Under the pieces are notes generated by a model that saw only the letters and a list, made by a program, of their open reading frames with translations, did no database searches and was not told the origin of the DNA. DNA of 64,000 bases from Bacillota bacterium. GTDB taxonomy: Bacteria > Bacillota > Dehalobacteriia > UBA4068. A program made the translations under genes and the position numbers. The DNA is taken from NCBI GenBank assembly GCA_024679955.1, contig JAILCQ010000010.1, positions 15,277 through 79,276 of the forward strand, in the 5' to 3' direction. Shown piece by piece: positions 28,401-39,905 of this stretch; the first letter of the stretch is position 1; each line of letters opens with the position of its first letter.

Positions 28401-28635
28401 GCGATATGGTTTCGCCGCTTGCATACGCGCTTTTTGCACGATGGGTTTATACCCGACTCTTTTGGGGTATACTGATCGATGCGTTTAGAATACTTAGGAT
28501 ACGGCGAGCGCCCCAGGCGGTTCGCCTCCAGGTTGATATATCCTGCACAAGTAAATGCAGGGCGTATCAGCCTTCCTTTGCTGTAGCCAATTTACAGCTA
28601 TGGCTGGGAACGTAATACCGGAAAGGGAGGAATGT

Positions 28636-30732
28636 ATGGCTGAAAGAATAGCGTCCAAACGCGGCGCCGGCGGTAAACAGGCTGCGGCGGCCGGGATTTT
28701 GGATTGGCAACAGAGTGACGCAGTAGAAGAAAAACGAAAACGGACCCGGCAGACCGCCGGCAAAAAATCCACCGCCAAAACAGCGGGCGGTGAAACTGCC
28801 GCCGCAAGCAAGGGCAATAGCAAGAAAACTACGGATAGCGCCGCAGTGACAGGCCAAGGGAAAAAGCGCAAAGACCCGGCGGCGGGCGGCGGTGAAAAAA
28901 GCAACGGCAAAGCGCGCAAACAAAGCGAAAGCGGCAAAAACGGCCGCGGCAAAAAGCAAAACCCGCTGCCGGAGGAACGCTCCTCCTCCCACGCCTTTGT
29001 CAGCAATCCCCTGGCCAATGATCCTTTATCCCTGCGCAGCAATGTGTCCGGCACGGACAAGCATGGCGGCGAGAACGGATCGGAACGGAAATTAAAAATC
29101 ATACCTTTGGGCGGTATGGGCGAAGTGGGCAAAAACATGACGGTGATCCAATACGGCGAGCAGATCGTGGTGGTGGACGCAGGGGTCATGTTTCCCACCG
29201 ATGAAATGCTGGGCATCGATCTGGTGATACCCGATTACAGTTATTTGATCGAACACCGCCAACAGGTGCAGGCTTTTCTGCTGACCCATGGCCACGAAGA
29301 CCATATCGGCGCTTTGCCCTATTTGCTGAAAGATATCGAAGCCCCGGTTTACGGCTCCCGCCTGACTTTGGGCCTGGTCAAAGGCAAGCTGAACGAGCAT
29401 CGCATCGAAGCCGACCTGCGGCAGGTGGCCCCCAGGGAAACCATAAACGCCGGCGTATTCAAGGTGGAGTTTTTCCGCATCACCCACAGCATCCCCGATT
29501 CTATGGGCATGGCGGTGCATACCCCGGTGGGCGTGATTTTGCTGATCAGCGACTTCAAAATCGATATGTCTCCCATCGACGGGCGTCTGATGGATTTGTC
29601 CCGTATCGCCGCTTTGGGCGAAAAGGGCGTTTTGCTGCTGATGGCCGACAGCACCAATGTGGAACGGGACGGCTATACCGGCAGCGAAAAGACCATCGGC
29701 TCTACTTTTGAAAAATTGTTCAGCAAGGCGGAAGGCCGCATCATCCTTACCACCTTCGCTTCCAATGTACACCGGGTGCAGCAGGCCATGTGGGCGGCGG
29801 AACGTTCCGGCCGTAAAGTGGCGATCGTCGGCCGGGGCATGCAAAACGTTTGCGCCATAGCCCGGGAGCTGGGCTATTTGCAGATCCCGGACGATATCCT
29901 CATCGGCGTGGAAGAGGTGAACAGCCTGCCCGCCCATAAGATTTTGATCCTTACCACCGGCTCCCAGGGCGAGCCTTTATCCGGTTTGACCCGCATGAGT
30001 TCCGGCGAACACCGGCAGGTGCATATCATCCCCGGCGATTTGGTGATTATTTCCGCCACGCCGATCCCCGGCAATGAAAGGACCGTGGCCAGAACCGTGG
30101 ACAACCTTTTCCGCCAGGGCGCCATGGTGGTGCATGAACGCAGCGAAGGCACCCATGTTTCCGGGCACGGCTCCAAAGAAGAATTAAAAATATTGATCAA
30201 TATGGTCAAGCCCCGCTTCTTTTTGCCGATGCACGGCGAATACCGGATGCTGTATAAGCATGCCCAGCTGGCCCAATTTTTGGGCATGGCCCTGGAAAAC
30301 ACCTTCGTGATGGAAAACGGCCAGATCCTGGAAGTAGGCCGCCGCCATTGCCGGATCAACGGTTCCGTAACCAGCGGACAGGTCCTCATCGACGGCCTGG
30401 GCGTAGGCGACGTGGGCAATTATGTTTTAAAAGAAAGAAGACAGCTTTCGGAAAGCGGTATTATCATCGTCAACCTGGTCTACAGCCGGAAAAAAGAGCC
30501 GCATATCCTCTACGGCCCGGAAATCATTTCCCGTGGATTCATATTTGAAAAGGAATATGAGCATATTATCGGTGAAGCAAAAGAAAAAGTAGCGGCTCTT
30601 TGCACCGATCAACGGCTCACAGACGGCAGTCTTTATGATTTGCGCAATCAATTGCGCAGCGTATTGGGAAGATTTGTTTTGGAGCGAACCGGCAGAAGGC
30701 CGGTGATCATCGACGTGATCAATGAGGTGTAA
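28636..30732 (+). CDS. rnj: Ribonuclease J (beta-CASP metallo-beta-lactamase RNase) with about 150-aa Lys/Ala/Gly-rich N-terminal extension
   Basis: ATG 28636 behind RBS GGGAGG. Catalytic core starts [16 protein letters not shown]; HGHEDH motif; C-terminal domain. N-terminal 150 aa is low-complexity and basic ([13 protein letters not shown]…[10 protein letters not shown]…[12 protein letters not shown]…). Confidence 0.9.
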   Translation: MAERIASKRGAGGKQAAAAGILDWQQSDAVEEKRKRTRQTAGKKSTAKTAGGETAAASKGNSKKTTDSAAVTGQGKKRKDPAAGGGEKSNGKARKQSESGKNGRGKKQNPLPEERSSSHAFVSNPLANDPLSLRSNVSGTDKHGGENGSERKLKIIPLGGMGEVGKNMTVIQYGEQIVVVDAGVMFPTDEMLGIDLVIPDYSYLIEHRQQVQAFLLTHGHEDHIGALPYLLKDIEAPVYGSRLTLGLVKGKLNEHRIEADLRQVAPRETINAGVFKVEFFRITHSIPDSMGMAVHTPVGVILLISDFKIDMSPIDGRLMDLSRIAALGEKGVLLLMADSTNVERDGYTGSEKTIGSTFEKLFSKAEGRIILTTFASNVHRVQQAMWAAERSGRKVAIVGRGMQNVCAIARELGYLQIPDDILIGVEEVNSLPAHKILILTTGSQGEPLSGLTRMSSGEHRQVHIIPGDLVIISATPIPGNERTVARTVDNLFRQGAMVVHERSEGTHVSGHGSKEELKILINMVKPRFFLPMHGEYRMLYKHAQLAQFLGMALENTFVMENGQILEVGRRHCRINGSVTSGQVLIDGLGVGDVGNYVLKERRQLSESGIIIVNLVYSRKKEPHILYGPEIISRGFIFEKEYEHIIGEAKEKVAALCTDQRLTDGSLYDLRNQLRSVLGRFVLERTGRRPVIIDVINEV

Positions 30733-30758
30733 GCAGCCCTGCTCAAGGAGGGTTGGTT

Positions 30759-31619
30759 ATGTCCAGTACCAAGGGTTTACTATCCGGAGCGGCCAGATTG
30801 CGCAACGAGCTGAATCCGGATACGCCGCCTGAGGAAAGCAATGATTCAAACGACGAACAGGGGAACCATTTAAACGATTACGGGGAATTGCGATTGCCGG
30901 AAATGCATGGCAATATCCATGTGATCACCATTATCGGCCAGGTGGAAGGTCATCTGATCATGCCGTCGCAAAACAAAGCCACCAAGTACGAGCATATCAT
31001 TCCCCAGCTGGTGGCGGTGGAACAAAGCCCGGAGATCGAAGGCTTGCTGGTGATCCTCAATACCGTGGGCGGCGACGTGGAGGCGGGTTTGGCTTTGGCG
31101 GAAATCATCGCTTCCATGTCCAAGCCCACGGTCTCCCTGGTTTTGGGCGGCGGTCATTCCATCGGCGTGCCCATCGCCGTGGCGGCGGATTATTCTTTTA
31201 TCGCCCCCACCGCCACCATGACCATTCATCCCATCCGCCTTACCGGTATGGTGGTGGGCGTGCAGCAGTCCTTTGATTATCTGGAAAAGATGCAGGACCG
31301 GATCATCGATTTTGTGGCGCGGCATTCCCATATCAGCGCTGCCCAGTTCCGGCAGATGATGACCACCACCGGAGAATTGGCCAGGGATGTGGGCACCGTG
31401 GTGGTGGGCGAAGCCGCCGCCGAATGCGGGCTGATCGATGAAACCGGCGGCCTGTCCCAGGCCATGGATAAGCTGCGGCAGATGATCGAAGACCATAAAG
31501 CCTCCGAGCAGGGGCAGGAAGCCCGGATCGATCCGCCCCGGGAAAAGGCCCCGGCGGACAAGCCCGGCCCAATATTCAAACGTCCCCATCGCGATTGGCG
31601 AAAGGGGGAAAAGCCGTGA
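30759..31619 (+). CDS. tepA: ClpP-family TepA-like protein
   Basis: ClpP-fold sequence (…[13 protein letters not shown]…[13 protein letters not shown]…). Position after rnj matches the B. subtilis ymfA-tepA-ylzJ synteny. Confidence 0.82.
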   Translation: MSSTKGLLSGAARLRNELNPDTPPEESNDSNDEQGNHLNDYGELRLPEMHGNIHVITIIGQVEGHLIMPSQNKATKYEHIIPQLVAVEQSPEIEGLLVILNTVGGDVEAGLALAEIIASMSKPTVSLVLGGGHSIGVPIAVAADYSFIAPTATMTIHPIRLTGMVVGVQQSFDYLEKMQDRIIDFVARHSHISAAQFRQMMTTTGELARDVGTVVVGEAAAECGLIDETGGLSQAMDKLRQMIEDHKASEQGQEARIDPPREKAPADKPGPIFKRPHRDWRKGEKP

Positions 31620-31822
31620 TCTGGAGCATCATCAGCGAGGAAGATATCTTTGCCGGTCAGCCGGTGGACATGCCGGCTTTGCGCAGCGTAGATCACCTGG
31701 GAAAGCGCCTGCTGATCCGCCCCGGCAGCGACGGCTGGGGTGAAATCGTTTCTTTGCTCAGCACCGCTCCGGCGGATTTTTTGGACGGACGCTTCGCCCC
31801 GGGAACCAGGATACGCCTGTAA
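31595..31822 (+). CDS. ylzJ: YlzJ-like small protein (about 70 aa)
   Basis: Small ORF overlapping the tepA 3' end. Likely true start is GTG 31616. Conserved partner of tepA. Confidence 0.6.
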   Translation: MAKGGKAVIWSIISEEDIFAGQPVDMPALRSVDHLGKRLLIRPGSDGWGEIVSLLSTAPADFLDGRFAPGTRIRL

Positions 31823-31823
31823 A

Positions 31824-31870
31824 TATACTGCCGGCTGATTTTTGGCCGGCAGTATATTTTTGCCTTTTTT
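31824..31870 (+). terminator. Intrinsic terminator
   Basis: ATATACTGCCGGC-loop-GCCGGCAGTATAT then TTTTTGCCTTTTTT. Confidence 0.85.
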
Positions 31871-31924
31871 CGCAGATACTAGTTTGCGTGAAAGCGAACT
31901 TGCTGACGATGGAGGTATTTTTTT

Positions 31925-32485
31925 ATGAAAGCGACTGGTATTGTGCGGCGCATCGACGATTTGGGTCGGGTGGTGATCCCCAAAGAGATCCGCCGCAATT
32001 TGCGTATCCGGGAAGGCGACCCTTTGGAAATATTCGTAGACCGGGACGGAGGCATCATCCTCAAAAAGTATTCGCCCATCGGTGAATTGGCCAATTTTGC
32101 CCGGGAATATGCCGACGCTATGTGCGAGGTTTTGAAAAAACCGGTGCTGATCAGCGATCGGGATAATATCGTGGCGGTATCCGGCGCGGCGAAAAAGGAT
32201 TTTTTAGGCAAAAGCATCGGCAGATTGGTGGAAAAATCCATGGAAGAAAGAAGGGCAGTCTTCAATCATTCTCAAAGCGACGCGTCCGGGCGGGGCGGCA
32301 ATATCATCGCCGACGACAAGGGCGAGGAAAGCTATCGCTTCGACAGCGAGATGATCCTGCCGATCATCGCTCAGGGTGACCCGGTGGGCGCGGTGATCAT
32401 CTGCGGCCGGGAAGACCTAGGGGAAACCGAACGCAAGGTAGCCCAATCCGCCGCCGGCGTATTGGCCAGACAAATGGAACAGTAA
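31925..32485 (+). CDS. spoVT: Stage V sporulation protein T (AbrB-type N-domain + GAF domain)
   Basis: MKATGIVRRIDDLGRVVIPKEIRRNLRIREGDPLEIF… AbrB/SpoVT swapped-hairpin N-terminus. 186 aa. Confidence 0.92.
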   Translation: MKATGIVRRIDDLGRVVIPKEIRRNLRIREGDPLEIFVDRDGGIILKKYSPIGELANFAREYADAMCEVLKKPVLISDRDNIVAVSGAAKKDFLGKSIGRLVEKSMEERRAVFNHSQSDASGRGGNIIADDKGEESYRFDSEMILPIIAQGDPVGAVIICGREDLGETERKVAQSAAGVLARQMEQ

Positions 32486-32487
32486 AC

Positions 32488-32524
32488 AAAGACCTTGACC
32501 CAAACGGTCAAGGTCTTTGTTTAG
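32488..32524 (+). terminator. Intrinsic terminator after spoVT
   Basis: AAAGACCTTGACC-CAAAC-GGTCAAGGTCTTT then GTTT. Confidence 0.85.
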
Positions 32525-32582
32525 ATTGCAGCGGGCGGCGTTGGATTCGGACCTCGCCTTTGTCACATTATTATTGTGTTTT

Positions 32583-32598
32583 TTGTGATATTTATCAC
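32583..32598. promoter_or_regulatory. Perfect inverted repeat TGTGATA-tt-TATCACA (TGTGA-N6-TCACA, CRP/FNR- or Rex-type operator geometry)
   Basis: Read directly at 32583-32598, about 320 nt upstream of uvrA in an AT-rich spacer. Confidence 0.4.
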
Positions 32599-32922
32599 AT
32601 TTTTATTCATTGCTGTACGCAGCCGTTTTTAATCAAAATAACAATTTTGCCCGCTTTGCGGCGCAGCGGAAGAACAGACGGTGCGCATCAGCGCTGGAGC
32701 TACAGGATTACCGGCGGCAGGCAGGAATCTCTTCCGCATATTTTCCCCCGCCGTTTGTGACGGGGAACGGAGAGGACAGGGAAAGATTTGCGGAAAAGAT
32801 TTCCTGGGGCCGGCGGTGAAAAAGAATAAAATGCGGAGCAAAATATGCTATAATAATAGAAACGGTTTCCGCTTTCCGGCCGCCGTTACCAACATAATAT
32901 TTCGCACATACAGGAGTATGGT

Positions 32923-35778
32923 ATGACCCAGGAAAAAATCACCGTTCGCGGCGCACGGCAGCATAATTTGAAAAATATAGATGTGGATATCCCCCGGGAT
33001 CGATTGGTGGTGATCACCGGCCTGTCCGGCAGCGGCAAAAGCTCGTTGGCCTTCGATACCATTTATGCGGAGGGACAACGGCGCTATGTGGAAAGCTTGT
33101 CCTCCTATGCCCGGCAGTTTCTGGGCCTGATGAGCAAGCCGGATGTGGATCAGATCGACGGGCTGTCGCCGGCCATTTCCATAGATCAAAAATCCACCAG
33201 CCATAATCCCCGTTCCACCGTGGGCACGGTGACGGAAATCCATGATTATCTGCGCCTATTGTACGCCCGGGTGGGCCTGCCCCATTGCCCCCAATGCGGC
33301 AAACCCATCACCCAGCAAAGCGTGGATCAGATGATCGATATCATCATGCAATGGCCGGAGGGCAGCAAACTGACGCTGGCCGCTCCCCTGGCCCGGGGAC
33401 GAAAAGGGGAGTTTCAAAAGCTTTTTGCCGACCTGCGGGCCCAGGGCTATGTCCGGGTGCGGGTAGACGGCGAGATTCTGGATCTGTCCCAGCCTATCGC
33501 TTTGAACAAAAGGCAAAACCACAGCATCGAATTGGTGGTGGATCGCCTGATCGTCCGGCCGGGCTGTGAAAAAAGATTGGCGGATTCTTTGGAGCTGGCT
33601 TTGCATATGGGCGACGGCCTGGCCATGACCTTTGTCGCAGAACCCGACGGCGGGACGGCGGAGCATATCTTCAGCCAGAATTTTGCCTGTCCGGATTGCG
33701 GCGTCAGCATGGAAGAGCTTTCGCCCCGGATGTTTTCTTTCAATAATCCTTTCGGCGCTTGCCCGGATTGTACCGGTTTGGGCTATTCCCAGCATATCGA
33801 CGCCTCTTTGATGATCAACGATGAGACGCTAAGCCTGCGTCAAGGGGCTTTGCTGCCGGTTAATAGGGAAAACGGCTGGTATTTCCGGAACCTGGCGGCG
33901 CTCTTCGCCAAACGGGGCTATGATTTGGATATGCCGTTCAAGGATTTGCCGCAGCAGGCCAAGGATGAGATTTTTTACGGCTGCGGCCAGGAAAAGTTTT
34001 CCGTATCCTTTGTGGATGAAGACGGCGACGAACAAATTTGGCCTCGCCCCTGGGAAGGCTTGGTGCCGAATATCAGCCGCCGCTATCAGGAAACCAATTC
34101 GGATTTCATGCGCGGCGAGTTTGAAAAATATATGCTGGTCTCCACCTGCAAAACCTGCGGCGGCGCCAGGCTAAAACCGGAAAGCCTGGCGGTGACGGTG
34201 GGCGGCAAAAACATCGACGAATTGAGCCGCATGACCGTTTCCCAGGCCTACGATTTTATAGACAACCTGCGCCTGAACCAGCGGGAACAACTGATCGGCC
34301 AAAGGATACTCAAAGAGATCAAGGACCGTCTGAGCTTTTTGAATACGGTGGGGCTGGACTATTTGACCCTAAGCCGCAGCGCGGTTTCCCTTTCCGGCGG
34401 CGAAGCCCAGCGTATCCGTTTGGCCACGCAGATCGGCTCCCATTTGACCGGCGTTCTCTATGTGTTGGACGAGCCCAGCATCGGTTTGCATCAGCGGGAC
34501 AATCATAAACTGATTCAAGCCCTGAAGGAATTGCGGGATCTGGGCAATACGGTTTTGGTGGTGGAGCATGACGAGGATATGATGCGGGCGGCGGATTATC
34601 TTTTGGATGTGGGCCCGGCGGCCGGCTTCGGCGGCGGACGGATTGTGGCTGCAGGTACGCCGCAGGAAGTCATGGCCAATGCGGATTCCATTACCGGCCA
34701 GTACTTAAGCGGCGCGAAAGAGATCCCCGTGCCCCAAAAACGGCGGGCGGGCAACGGCCGCACCGTCACCGTCCGGGGGGCCGCCGTCAACAATCTGCAG
34801 GATATCGACGTCACTTTTCCCCTGGGGCTGTTTGTTTGCGTCACCGGCGTCTCCGGGTCGGGAAAGAGTTCTTTGGTCAACGAGATACTCTATAAAGCCT
34901 GCGCCCGCCGCTTGAACCGGGCCTTTGTCACCCCCGGCCCCCATCGTTCCGTGGAAGGGCTGGAAAATCTGGAAAAAGTGATCATGATCGATCAGTCGCC
35001 CATCGGTCGCACGCCCCGTTCCAATCCGGCCACTTATACCGGGGTGTTCGATTTGATTCGCCAATTGTTCAGCGTGACGCCGGAGGCCAAGGCCAGAGGC
35101 TATAAACCGGGGCGCTTCAGCTTTAATGTGCGGGGCGGCCGCTGCGAGGCCTGCCAGGGCGACGGCATCATCAAGGTCAATATGAATTTTCTCCCCGACG
35201 TCTACGTCCCCTGCGAAGTGTGCAAGGGCAAACGGTATAATCGGGAGACTTTGGACGTTCGTTACAAAGACAAAAACATCGCCGATGTTTTGGATATGAC
35301 TGTGGACGAGGCGGTGGCCTTCTTTGGCAATATCCCCAAGATCAAGCGGAAATTGTCCACCCTGCAGCAAGTAGGTCTGGGCTATATCCGCCTGGGCCAA
35401 AGCGCCACCACTTTGTCGGGGGGCGAGGCCCAGCGGGTGAAGTTGGCCACGGAGCTTTCCCGCCGTTCCAACGGACGCAGCCTGTATATCCTGGACGAAC
35501 CCACCACCGGTTTGCATGCGGACGATATCCGCCGTTTGCTGGATGTGCTCAATCAATTGGTGGAGGCCGGCGATACCGTGGTGGTGATCGAGCATAATCT
35601 GGACGTGATCAAAACCGCCGACTATCTCATCGACTTGGGGCCGGAGGGCGGCGGCGGCGGCGGACGGCTGGTGGCCTGGGGCACGCCGGAGCAGGTGGCG
35701 GAAAACCCGCACAGCTACACCGGCCAATTCCTGCGCCGGACATTGGGCGCCGCCGGGAAAGGGCCTGACCATGAATGA
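32923..35778 (+). CDS. uvrA: Excinuclease ABC subunit A
   Basis: 951 aa, two ABC ATPase modules ([25 protein letters not shown]), zinc-finger cysteines. Confidence 0.95.
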   Translation: MTQEKITVRGARQHNLKNIDVDIPRDRLVVITGLSGSGKSSLAFDTIYAEGQRRYVESLSSYARQFLGLMSKPDVDQIDGLSPAISIDQKSTSHNPRSTVGTVTEIHDYLRLLYARVGLPHCPQCGKPITQQSVDQMIDIIMQWPEGSKLTLAAPLARGRKGEFQKLFADLRAQGYVRVRVDGEILDLSQPIALNKRQNHSIELVVDRLIVRPGCEKRLADSLELALHMGDGLAMTFVAEPDGGTAEHIFSQNFACPDCGVSMEELSPRMFSFNNPFGACPDCTGLGYSQHIDASLMINDETLSLRQGALLPVNRENGWYFRNLAALFAKRGYDLDMPFKDLPQQAKDEIFYGCGQEKFSVSFVDEDGDEQIWPRPWEGLVPNISRRYQETNSDFMRGEFEKYMLVSTCKTCGGARLKPESLAVTVGGKNIDELSRMTVSQAYDFIDNLRLNQREQLIGQRILKEIKDRLSFLNTVGLDYLTLSRSAVSLSGGEAQRIRLATQIGSHLTGVLYVLDEPSIGLHQRDNHKLIQALKELRDLGNTVLVVEHDEDMMRAADYLLDVGPAAGFGGGRIVAAGTPQEVMANADSITGQYLSGAKEIPVPQKRRAGNGRTVTVRGAAVNNLQDIDVTFPLGLFVCVTGVSGSGKSSLVNEILYKACARRLNRAFVTPGPHRSVEGLENLEKVIMIDQSPIGRTPRSNPATYTGVFDLIRQLFSVTPEAKARGYKPGRFSFNVRGGRCEACQGDGIIKVNMNFLPDVYVPCEVCKGKRYNRETLDVRYKDKNIADVLDMTVDEAVAFFGNIPKIKRKLSTLQQVGLGYIRLGQSATTLSGGEAQRVKLATELSRRSNGRSLYILDEPTTGLHADDIRRLLDVLNQLVEAGDTVVVIEHNLDVIKTADYLIDLGPEGGGGGGRLVAWGTPEQVAENPHSYTGQFLRRTLGAAGKGPDHE

Positions 35779-37693
35779 TACCTTGCGGCAAAAATTGGCG
35801 GATCTGCCGGAACGACCCGGCTGCTATTTGATGAAAGACCAAAACGGGACCGTCATTTATGTGGGCAAAGCGGTGAATTTGAAAAACCGGGTCCGCTCCT
35901 ATTTTCAGTCCGCCGCCTCCCATAGCGGCAAAACCAATCTGCTGGTGGAGCATATCGCCGATTTGGATACCGTGGTGGTCAACAGCGAAGCCGACGCTTT
36001 GATCCTGGAAGCCAATCTGATCAAGGAATACAGCCCGCATTATAATATCCTGATGCGGGACGACAAATACTATCCCTATCTGTGCCTCACCGTCAGCCAG
36101 CCCTATCCCCGTTTGATCGTGGCCCGCCGGGCCAAAAACGACGGCGACAAATATTTCGGCCCCTATCCGGATGTGGGCGGCATGCGGCAGGTGATGAAGC
36201 TGCTGCAGGAATTATTTCCGTTGCGGTTGTGCGCCCATCGCTCTTGGCCCAAAGGGCACCGCGCCTGTCTGAACGCTCATATCGGCCGTTGTCCGGCCCC
36301 CTGTGAAGGCAAAATTTCTCAGGAAGCCTATCTGCGTACCGTGGCCCAGGTGGAGGACTTTTTGCGGGGCAAAACCACCGGCCTGCTGAAACATATGGAA
36401 AAGCAGATGGCTCTGGCCAGCGAAGAGCTGCGCTTTGAAGACGCGGCCCGCTATCGGGACTGGGCGGCGAAGATCCGTCAGGTCCAGGCCCAGCAGCAGC
36501 TGGATCTCAGCGCCGGCGGCGAAAACTACGATGTGCTGGCCCTGGCCGGCGACGAAGATCAGGCGGTGGCCCAGTTGTTTTTCGTGCGCCGGGGAAAGGT
36601 GGTGGGCCGGGAACATTTCTTTCTCACCAACCGGCAAAGCGCCCCGCTGCCGGTGCTGATTTGCCGGTTTCTCCAGGAATACTACGGCGGCGGCCAGTTG
36701 ATCCCTCCGGTGATCTATGTCAACGCTCCGCCGGAGGACGGCGAATTATTGGCGGGCCAGTTTTCCCAGGCCAGCGGCAGAAAAGTGTCGCTGATTTGCC
36801 CGCAAAGAGGGGATAAACGGCGCTTGATGCGCCTGGTGCAGGAAAACGCCGCCTTGATCTTGCAGCAATCGCTGCAGAATCAAAAACAGCGCCAGGAAGG
36901 GGACGCCGCCGCGGTGGAATCTTTGCGGCAAGTCCTTGGTTTGAAAAAAACGCCCGGCCGCATAGAATGCTATGATATCAGCCATATACAGGGCAGCCAT
37001 ATGGTCGGTTCCATGGTGGTGTTCATCAACGGCGCGCCTGCGCCCAAGCTGTACCGCCGTTTCAAAATCAAGACCCTGTCCGGCAGCAACGATTTCGCCG
37101 CTTTGCAGGAGGTGCTGGATCGCCGCTGGCGGCGGGGCCGGGAAGAACGGGAAAAGGGCAAGCAACCGCTGGATTTCGGCCATTTTCCCGATTTGCTGGT
37201 GATCGACGGCGGCAAAGGCCAGTTGTCTGCGGTGTGCAGCCAGTTGGCGGCTTTGTCCGCCGCCCCCACGCCGATCATCTCTTTGGCCAAGCGGGAGGAG
37301 GAAATCTTTTTACCTGGTCAAAGCCAATCCCTGCGCCTGCCGGAAAATCATGATGCCCGCAAACTGCTGCAGAGGATACGCGATGAAGCCCATCGCTTCG
37401 CCATTACCTATCACCGGCGGCTGCGGCAAAAATCCCAAACCCAGTCCTTTTTGGACGATGCGCCGCAAATCGGCGTCAAGCGCCGGCAGGCTTTGCTGAA
37501 AGCCTTCGGCTCCCTGAAACAGATCCGGGCGGCTTCCGTAGAGGAGCTCAGCGCCGTGCCGGGCATGAACGAAAAAGCCGCCGCCGCTTTGTTCGATTAT
37601 TTGCATAAGCGGCAGGAAAACGATGGAAATGAAACGAAATGGAAAGCGGAAACGGAAACGGTTTGCTATACAAATGAGGGTGACAGAGGATGA
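35771..37693 (+). CDS. uvrC: Excinuclease ABC subunit C
   Basis: GIY-YIG N-terminus (GCYLMKD…[18 protein letters not shown]), UvrBC-interaction region, RNase H-like and HhH C-terminal domains. 8-nt overlap with uvrA. Confidence 0.93.
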   Translation: MNDTLRQKLADLPERPGCYLMKDQNGTVIYVGKAVNLKNRVRSYFQSAASHSGKTNLLVEHIADLDTVVVNSEADALILEANLIKEYSPHYNILMRDDKYYPYLCLTVSQPYPRLIVARRAKNDGDKYFGPYPDVGGMRQVMKLLQELFPLRLCAHRSWPKGHRACLNAHIGRCPAPCEGKISQEAYLRTVAQVEDFLRGKTTGLLKHMEKQMALASEELRFEDAARYRDWAAKIRQVQAQQQLDLSAGGENYDVLALAGDEDQAVAQLFFVRRGKVVGREHFFLTNRQSAPLPVLICRFLQEYYGGGQLIPPVIYVNAPPEDGELLAGQFSQASGRKVSLICPQRGDKRRLMRLVQENAALILQQSLQNQKQRQEGDAAAVESLRQVLGLKKTPGRIECYDISHIQGSHMVGSMVVFINGAPAPKLYRRFKIKTLSGSNDFAALQEVLDRRWRRGREEREKGKQPLDFGHFPDLLVIDGGKGQLSAVCSQLAALSAAPTPIISLAKREEEIFLPGQSQSLRLPENHDARKLLQRIRDEAHRFAITYHRRLRQKSQTQSFLDDAPQIGVKRRQALLKAFGSLKQIRAASVEELSAVPGMNEKAAAALFDYLHKRQENDGNETKWKAETETVCYTNEGDRG

Positions 37694-38625
37694 ACGCGCA
37701 AAAGCCAATCGCCCCGATCCAAGCAAAAAAAGCGGGCGGCGACAACCCCAATACTGAAAAAATACTGATCATCACCGGCATGAGCGGCGCCGGCAAAAGC
37801 CGCACCATCGGCGCGCTGGAAGATATCGGCTATTATTGCGTGGACAATCTGCCGCCGGCCATGTTCGGCCAATTGATCGAAAACCGCCGCCTGGCCCAAC
37901 GCCTGCCGGCGAAAATCGCTTTGGTGGCGGATATCCGCGGCGGCGCGGATAGCCTGGGGCAGATTTTGTCTGCTTTGGCCGACATCAAAAAAATGGGTAT
38001 CCAATACCAAATTATTTTTTTGGAAGCCGACGACGCCGTTTTGGTACGCCGCTATAAAGAGACCCGCCGTCCCCATCCCCTGGCTACCGGCGGCCGCAGC
38101 ATTTTGGACGCCATACGGGAAGAACGGCGCATCTTGAGCGAGCTGCGGGGCTATGCGGATATCGTCATCGATACCACGGATCTGATCAATCAATCCCTGA
38201 CCCGGCATATCACCGAACTGTTCGGCGGCAATACCGCCTCCGGCCCTTCGGTGTCGGTGACGTCCTTCGGCTTCAAATACGGCCTGCCCATCGACGCCGA
38301 CCTGGTGATCGACGTGCGCTTCATCGCCAATCCTTACTATATACCGGAGCTGAAGCCTTTGACCGGCCTGGACGATCGGGTGCGGGATTTTGTGCTGGAA
38401 GACAATTTGAGCAAAGAATTTTTGCGCCATTATTTGCGTTTGGTGCGCTTTTTATTGCCCCATTATTTCAATGAAGGGAAAAAACATATCTCCATCGCGG
38501 TAGGCTGCACCGGCGGCCGCCATCGCTCGGTGGCCTTGGCGGAGGCCGTGGGGAAGCATCTGAAAGCAGACGGTTATGCGGTGAATATCGCCCACCGGGA
38601 TATGGATCGGGGCGGAAAAAAATAG
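37690..38625 (+). CDS. rapZ: RapZ/YvcJ-family P-loop RNase adaptor protein
   Basis: LIITGMSGAGKS Walker A, conserved C-terminal domain. Overlaps the uvrC stop. Confidence 0.88.
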   Translation: MNAQKPIAPIQAKKAGGDNPNTEKILIITGMSGAGKSRTIGALEDIGYYCVDNLPPAMFGQLIENRRLAQRLPAKIALVADIRGGADSLGQILSALADIKKMGIQYQIIFLEADDAVLVRRYKETRRPHPLATGGRSILDAIREERRILSELRGYADIVIDTTDLINQSLTRHITELFGGNTASGPSVSVTSFGFKYGLPIDADLVIDVRFIANPYYIPELKPLTGLDDRVRDFVLEDNLSKEFLRHYLRLVRFLLPHYFNEGKKHISIAVGCTGGRHRSVALAEAVGKHLKADGYAVNIAHRDMDRGGKK

Positions 38626-38635
38626 GGGAACGGAA

Positions 38636-39604
38636 ATGACTTTTTCCTTAGAGGTAAAAGAGGATTTAAACCGGGTGACGCCCGGCAAAGTATGCTGCCG
38701 CCATGCGGAGTTCGCCGCCTTTTTTTTGTTGAACGGCAATATCCATATCGGCGAAAAGCATAAACTGTCCCTGACCATGGAAAGCGAAAATTCGGCTACC
38801 GCCCGGAAAATGTTTACCCTGGCCAAGGATTACGGCCTGCATTTGGATATTATGGTTTACCGGCGGGAAAAACTGCGCCGCAATCCCGTCTATTTGCTGT
38901 CCGCCCCGCCTCAGGCCGGCGTCGGCGCCTTTTTGCAGGATTTGTCCATACTGGGCGACGGCCAGCTTTGGGATTTGCGTTTCCCCGGCGAATTGCCGCA
39001 AACGCTGTTGGCCGAAGATTGCTGCAAACGGGCCTATTTGCGGGGCGCTTTTTTGGCCGCCGGCTCCCTGGCCGATCCTGACGGCGCTTACCATCTGGAA
39101 ATCGACCGTCTGGCCGCGGCCCAGGCGGAGCTGCTCCGGCAATTGCTGGCCCATTTCGGCATCCATGCCAAACAGGCCAAACGGAAAAATTATCAGCTTC
39201 TTTATTTGAAAGACGCGGAACAAATCAGCCATTTTCTCAATGTGATCGGTTCCCACCGTTCTTTGCTGCAATTTGAAAACATACGGGTGGAAAAAGGGGT
39301 GCGCAATCGGGTCAACCGCTTGGTCAACTGCGATAAAGCCAACGTCAACAAAACGGTGACCGCCGGTATGCGGCAGGCGGCGGATATCGATTATATCGAT
39401 AAAACATTAGGCGTGGGCCGTTTGCCCAAACCGCTGCAAACCGTGGCGGAATTGCGGCTGGAAAACCCCGAGGCCGCCTTAAGCGATTTGGCTGCCCTTT
39501 CTGGGCTGGGCCGTTCCGCCGTCAACCACCGTCTCCGCCGTTTGCAGGAGATCGCCGCCAATATCCGGGATTTCGGGCCGGAGCAGTGGCGGGGAAAAGA
39601 TTGA
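38636..39604 (+). CDS. whiA: Sporulation/cell-division transcription factor WhiA
   Basis: LAGLIDAEG-like double homing-endonuclease-derived core plus C-terminal HTH (…AALSDLAALSGLGRSAVNHRLRRL…). Confidence 0.9.
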   Translation: MTFSLEVKEDLNRVTPGKVCCRHAEFAAFFLLNGNIHIGEKHKLSLTMESENSATARKMFTLAKDYGLHLDIMVYRREKLRRNPVYLLSAPPQAGVGAFLQDLSILGDGQLWDLRFPGELPQTLLAEDCCKRAYLRGAFLAAGSLADPDGAYHLEIDRLAAAQAELLRQLLAHFGIHAKQAKRKNYQLLYLKDAEQISHFLNVIGSHRSLLQFENIRVEKGVRNRVNRLVNCDKANVNKTVTAGMRQAADIDYIDKTLGVGRLPKPLQTVAELRLENPEAALSDLAALSGLGRSAVNHRLRRLQEIAANIRDFGPEQWRGKD

Positions 39605-39905
39605 CTCGTATGGATCGTATTTGGCGGATGATTTGCCTGTCTATAGGAAGGGTTTTTTCTCTTAAATATAGAATGACAAAATGGTAAAAGATATAGAAAA
39701 GAATGTATAAATAAAGTATAATAAAGACGGAGGCGTCGTTGGACGGACCGGCGGTGTTTCCGCCCGGTTTGTCCACGGGGGATCCCTGGGGCATACGGCG
39801 GATTTTTGCGCGTTTCCGGCGAAACCGTCTTTCCCCACCGGCGCGCCGCAAAACGATGCTTTGGCGTTGGCAAACAAGTATCCAAGAAAACTGAGGAGGT
39901 ATCTT

